This document shows positions 62,413 through 64,000 of a stretch of 64,000 bases of DNA, piece after piece (the first letter of the stretch is position 1; the number at the start of each line of letters is the position of its first letter). This stretch comes from Nitrospirales bacterium (GTDB lineage: Bacteria > Nitrospirota > Nitrospiria > Nitrospirales > UBA8639). The position numbers and the translations under genes are program-made. Under the pieces are notes generated by a model. It had not been told where the DNA came from. It searched no databases and worked only from the letters and a program-made list of their open reading frames with translations. The DNA is taken from the NCBI GenBank assembly GCA_965203295.1, contig CBDBCZ010000019.1, positions 2,240,001-2,304,000 of the forward strand, given 5' to 3'.

Positions 62413-63071
62413 CGAGAGTCCTTTGACACGGTGGCTTCAGAACAATATTGGCGCAATTTCCCAATCATGGGGGTCAGAAGAGCATGTTTCATCTTGAGAC
62501 TCGCTCTATTCGCAATTAATCGGGCCGAGGACGAGGCAATCACGTCTGTCTCCACAAGATTATGTGCTCGCAAGGTACGGCCGCTTTCAACGAGATCGAC
62601 AATTCTGTCAGCTAACATCACGACTGGCGCGAGTTCGATCGATCCATACAATTTGATGATTTCAACTGGCATTCCCCTCTGATTGAAAAAACGTTCGGTG
62701 ATATTGGGATATTTGGTTGCCACACGAATTTTGGAAGAAAGCCGACCAGAAAATCCTCGTCCCTTCAGAGCCGCCACGGAAATGCGACAAGCCCCTATGC
62801 CAAGATCTAAGAGTTCATACACATCAAGGTTTTGTTCGAGAAGTAAATCCTTGCCAGCGACTCCGATATCAGCGGCTCCGTATTCGACATACGTGGGGAC
62901 ATCACTGGCTCGGACGACCAGATAGGTCAAGCCGGCATGGGGACATTCAAAAACGAGCCGCCGGTCATTAGACGAAATATCTGGCCCCAAAAAGCCTGCC
63001 CGCTGGAATAGCTGAAGAGTCGGGGCCAACAATTTTCCTTTGGACAACGCAACGGTGACAACCTCACTCAT
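62409..63071 (-). CDS. hisG: ATP phosphoribosyltransferase, short form
   Basis: ALSKG, ATKYP, GSIELAP and DLVESG.TL motifs. Confidence 0.96.
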   Translation of the reverse strand: MSEVVTVALSKGKLLAPTLQLFQRAGFLGPDISSNDRRLVFECPHAGLTYLVVRASDVPTYVEYGAADIGVAGKDLLLEQNLDVYELLDLGIGACRISVAALKGRGFSGRLSSKIRVATKYPNITERFFNQRGMPVEIIKLYGSIELAPVVMLADRIVDLVESGRTLRAHNLVETDVIASSSARLIANRASLKMKHALLTPMIGKLRQYCSEATVSKDSR

Positions 63072-64000
63072 GGCGTCCCTGCCATTCTTTCAATAGAAGC
63101 GCCTAAACTCTGGAGCTTGTCCTCAATCCGTTCATACCCACGCTCCAAATGATAAATCCTGGAAACCTGTGTTGTTCCTTCAGCAGCTAAGCCAGCTAAG
63201 ATCAAGCCCGCACTCGCTCGTAAGTCAGAGGCCATCACTGGCGCACCCGTCATCTTTTCTACCCCGGTGACGAAGGCACGTCGCCCTTCAATGCGAATAC
63301 CTGCTCCCATCCGTTGTAATTCAGGAACATGCAAAAACCGACCTTCAAACACCGTTTCAGTTAACACACTGGTCCCCTCTGCCACACATATGAGTGCCAT
63401 AAGCTGGGCCTGAAGATCTGTTGGAAACCTTGGATAGGGTTGGGTTTGAACCTGCAAGGCTCTCCCTCTCCTTGGCGCCTTAACACGAAGCGTCCGTTCT
63501 TGTTGCGAGATTTCGGCACCAGATTCCCGCAGTTTATCAGTGACAGATTGCAAATGGCTTGGAATACAGTCTCCTACTTCAACATCTCCTCCAGAAATCG
63601 CACTAGCCATCAGATAGGTCCCGGTTTCAATTCTATCGGAAACGACACGATATTCTGCACCTTTGAGTTGCCGCACACCGTGAATCGTCAGTCGCTCAGA
63701 CCCGGCTCCATGGATTCGGGCACCGCATTGGTTCAAAAATTGAGCGAGATCCTGCACCTCCGGTTCTTTGGCAGCGTTCTCGATAACCGTCGTTCCATTG
63801 GCCAGACACGCGGCCATCATGAGGTTCTCTGTTCCCGTTACCGTCGGAATCTCCAAGTCGATGTGGCAACCATGGAGCCCTGAGGCACGAGCATAGATAT
63901 ACCCATGTTCTACGGTAATGGTCGCTCCTAATTGAGCCAATCCCTTCAGATGAAGATCGACAGGCCTCGTTCCAATCGCACAGCCTCCCGGCAACGACAC
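63068..64000 (-). CDS. murA: UDP-N-acetylglucosamine 1-carboxyvinyltransferase (5' part outside the window)
   Basis: [23 protein letters not shown] and RGYE motifs. Confidence 0.97.
   Translation of the reverse strand: MSLPGGCAIGTRPVDLHLKGLAQLGATITVEHGYIYARASGLHGCHIDLEIPTVTGTENLMMAACLANGTTVIENAAKEPEVQDLAQFLNQCGARIHGAGSERLTIHGVRQLKGAEYRVVSDRIETGTYLMASAISGGDVEVGDCIPSHLQSVTDKLRESGAEISQQERTLRVKAPRRGRALQVQTQPYPRFPTDLQAQLMALICVAEGTSVLTETVFEGRFLHVPELQRMGAGIRIEGRRAFVTGVEKMTGAPVMASDLRASAGLILAGLAAEGTTQVSRIYHLERGYERIEDKLQSLGASIERMAGTP

Overview
64 kb of bacterial chromosome, about 47-50% GC by eye. Gene order and protein sequences look like a Nitrospirota (Nitrospirales) genome; this is inference, not a database match. 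The backbone is housekeeping: xerD, trpS, gap-pgk-tpiA-secG, ilvE, rplU-rpmA-obgE-proB-nadD-rsfS-bioB, pyrD, comF, an orphan mraZ, rusA-like, mtaB-miaB, trkH, a class II nrdJ with NrdR boxes, tRNA-Glu, rnpB, tRNA-Ile2/Met, dnaG, and murA followed by the his operon. There are two accessory regions. The first (27.9-34.4 kb) surrounds tRNA-Arg(ACG), with a duplicated 5' tRNA half, a defective IS3, a radical SAM/SPASM-methyltransferase fusion and an integron attC site but no integrase. The second (44.6-51.2 kb) lies downstream of tRNA-Glu. The most unusual points are: (1) rpoD at the dnaG locus is a pseudogene missing regions 2 and 3; (2) a CALIN-like cassette remnant sits inside a tRNA island bounded by a 5'-half duplication; (3) three families of miniature repeats are present, one bracketing nrdJ in inverted orientation and one apparently read in-frame inside a his-operon gene; (4) frameshifts, nonsense codons and substitutions at normally invariant residues occur across the window, indicating genome erosion or assembly error. 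No CRISPR array or rRNA was seen, and no complete novel multi-gene system could be proven from sequence alone.
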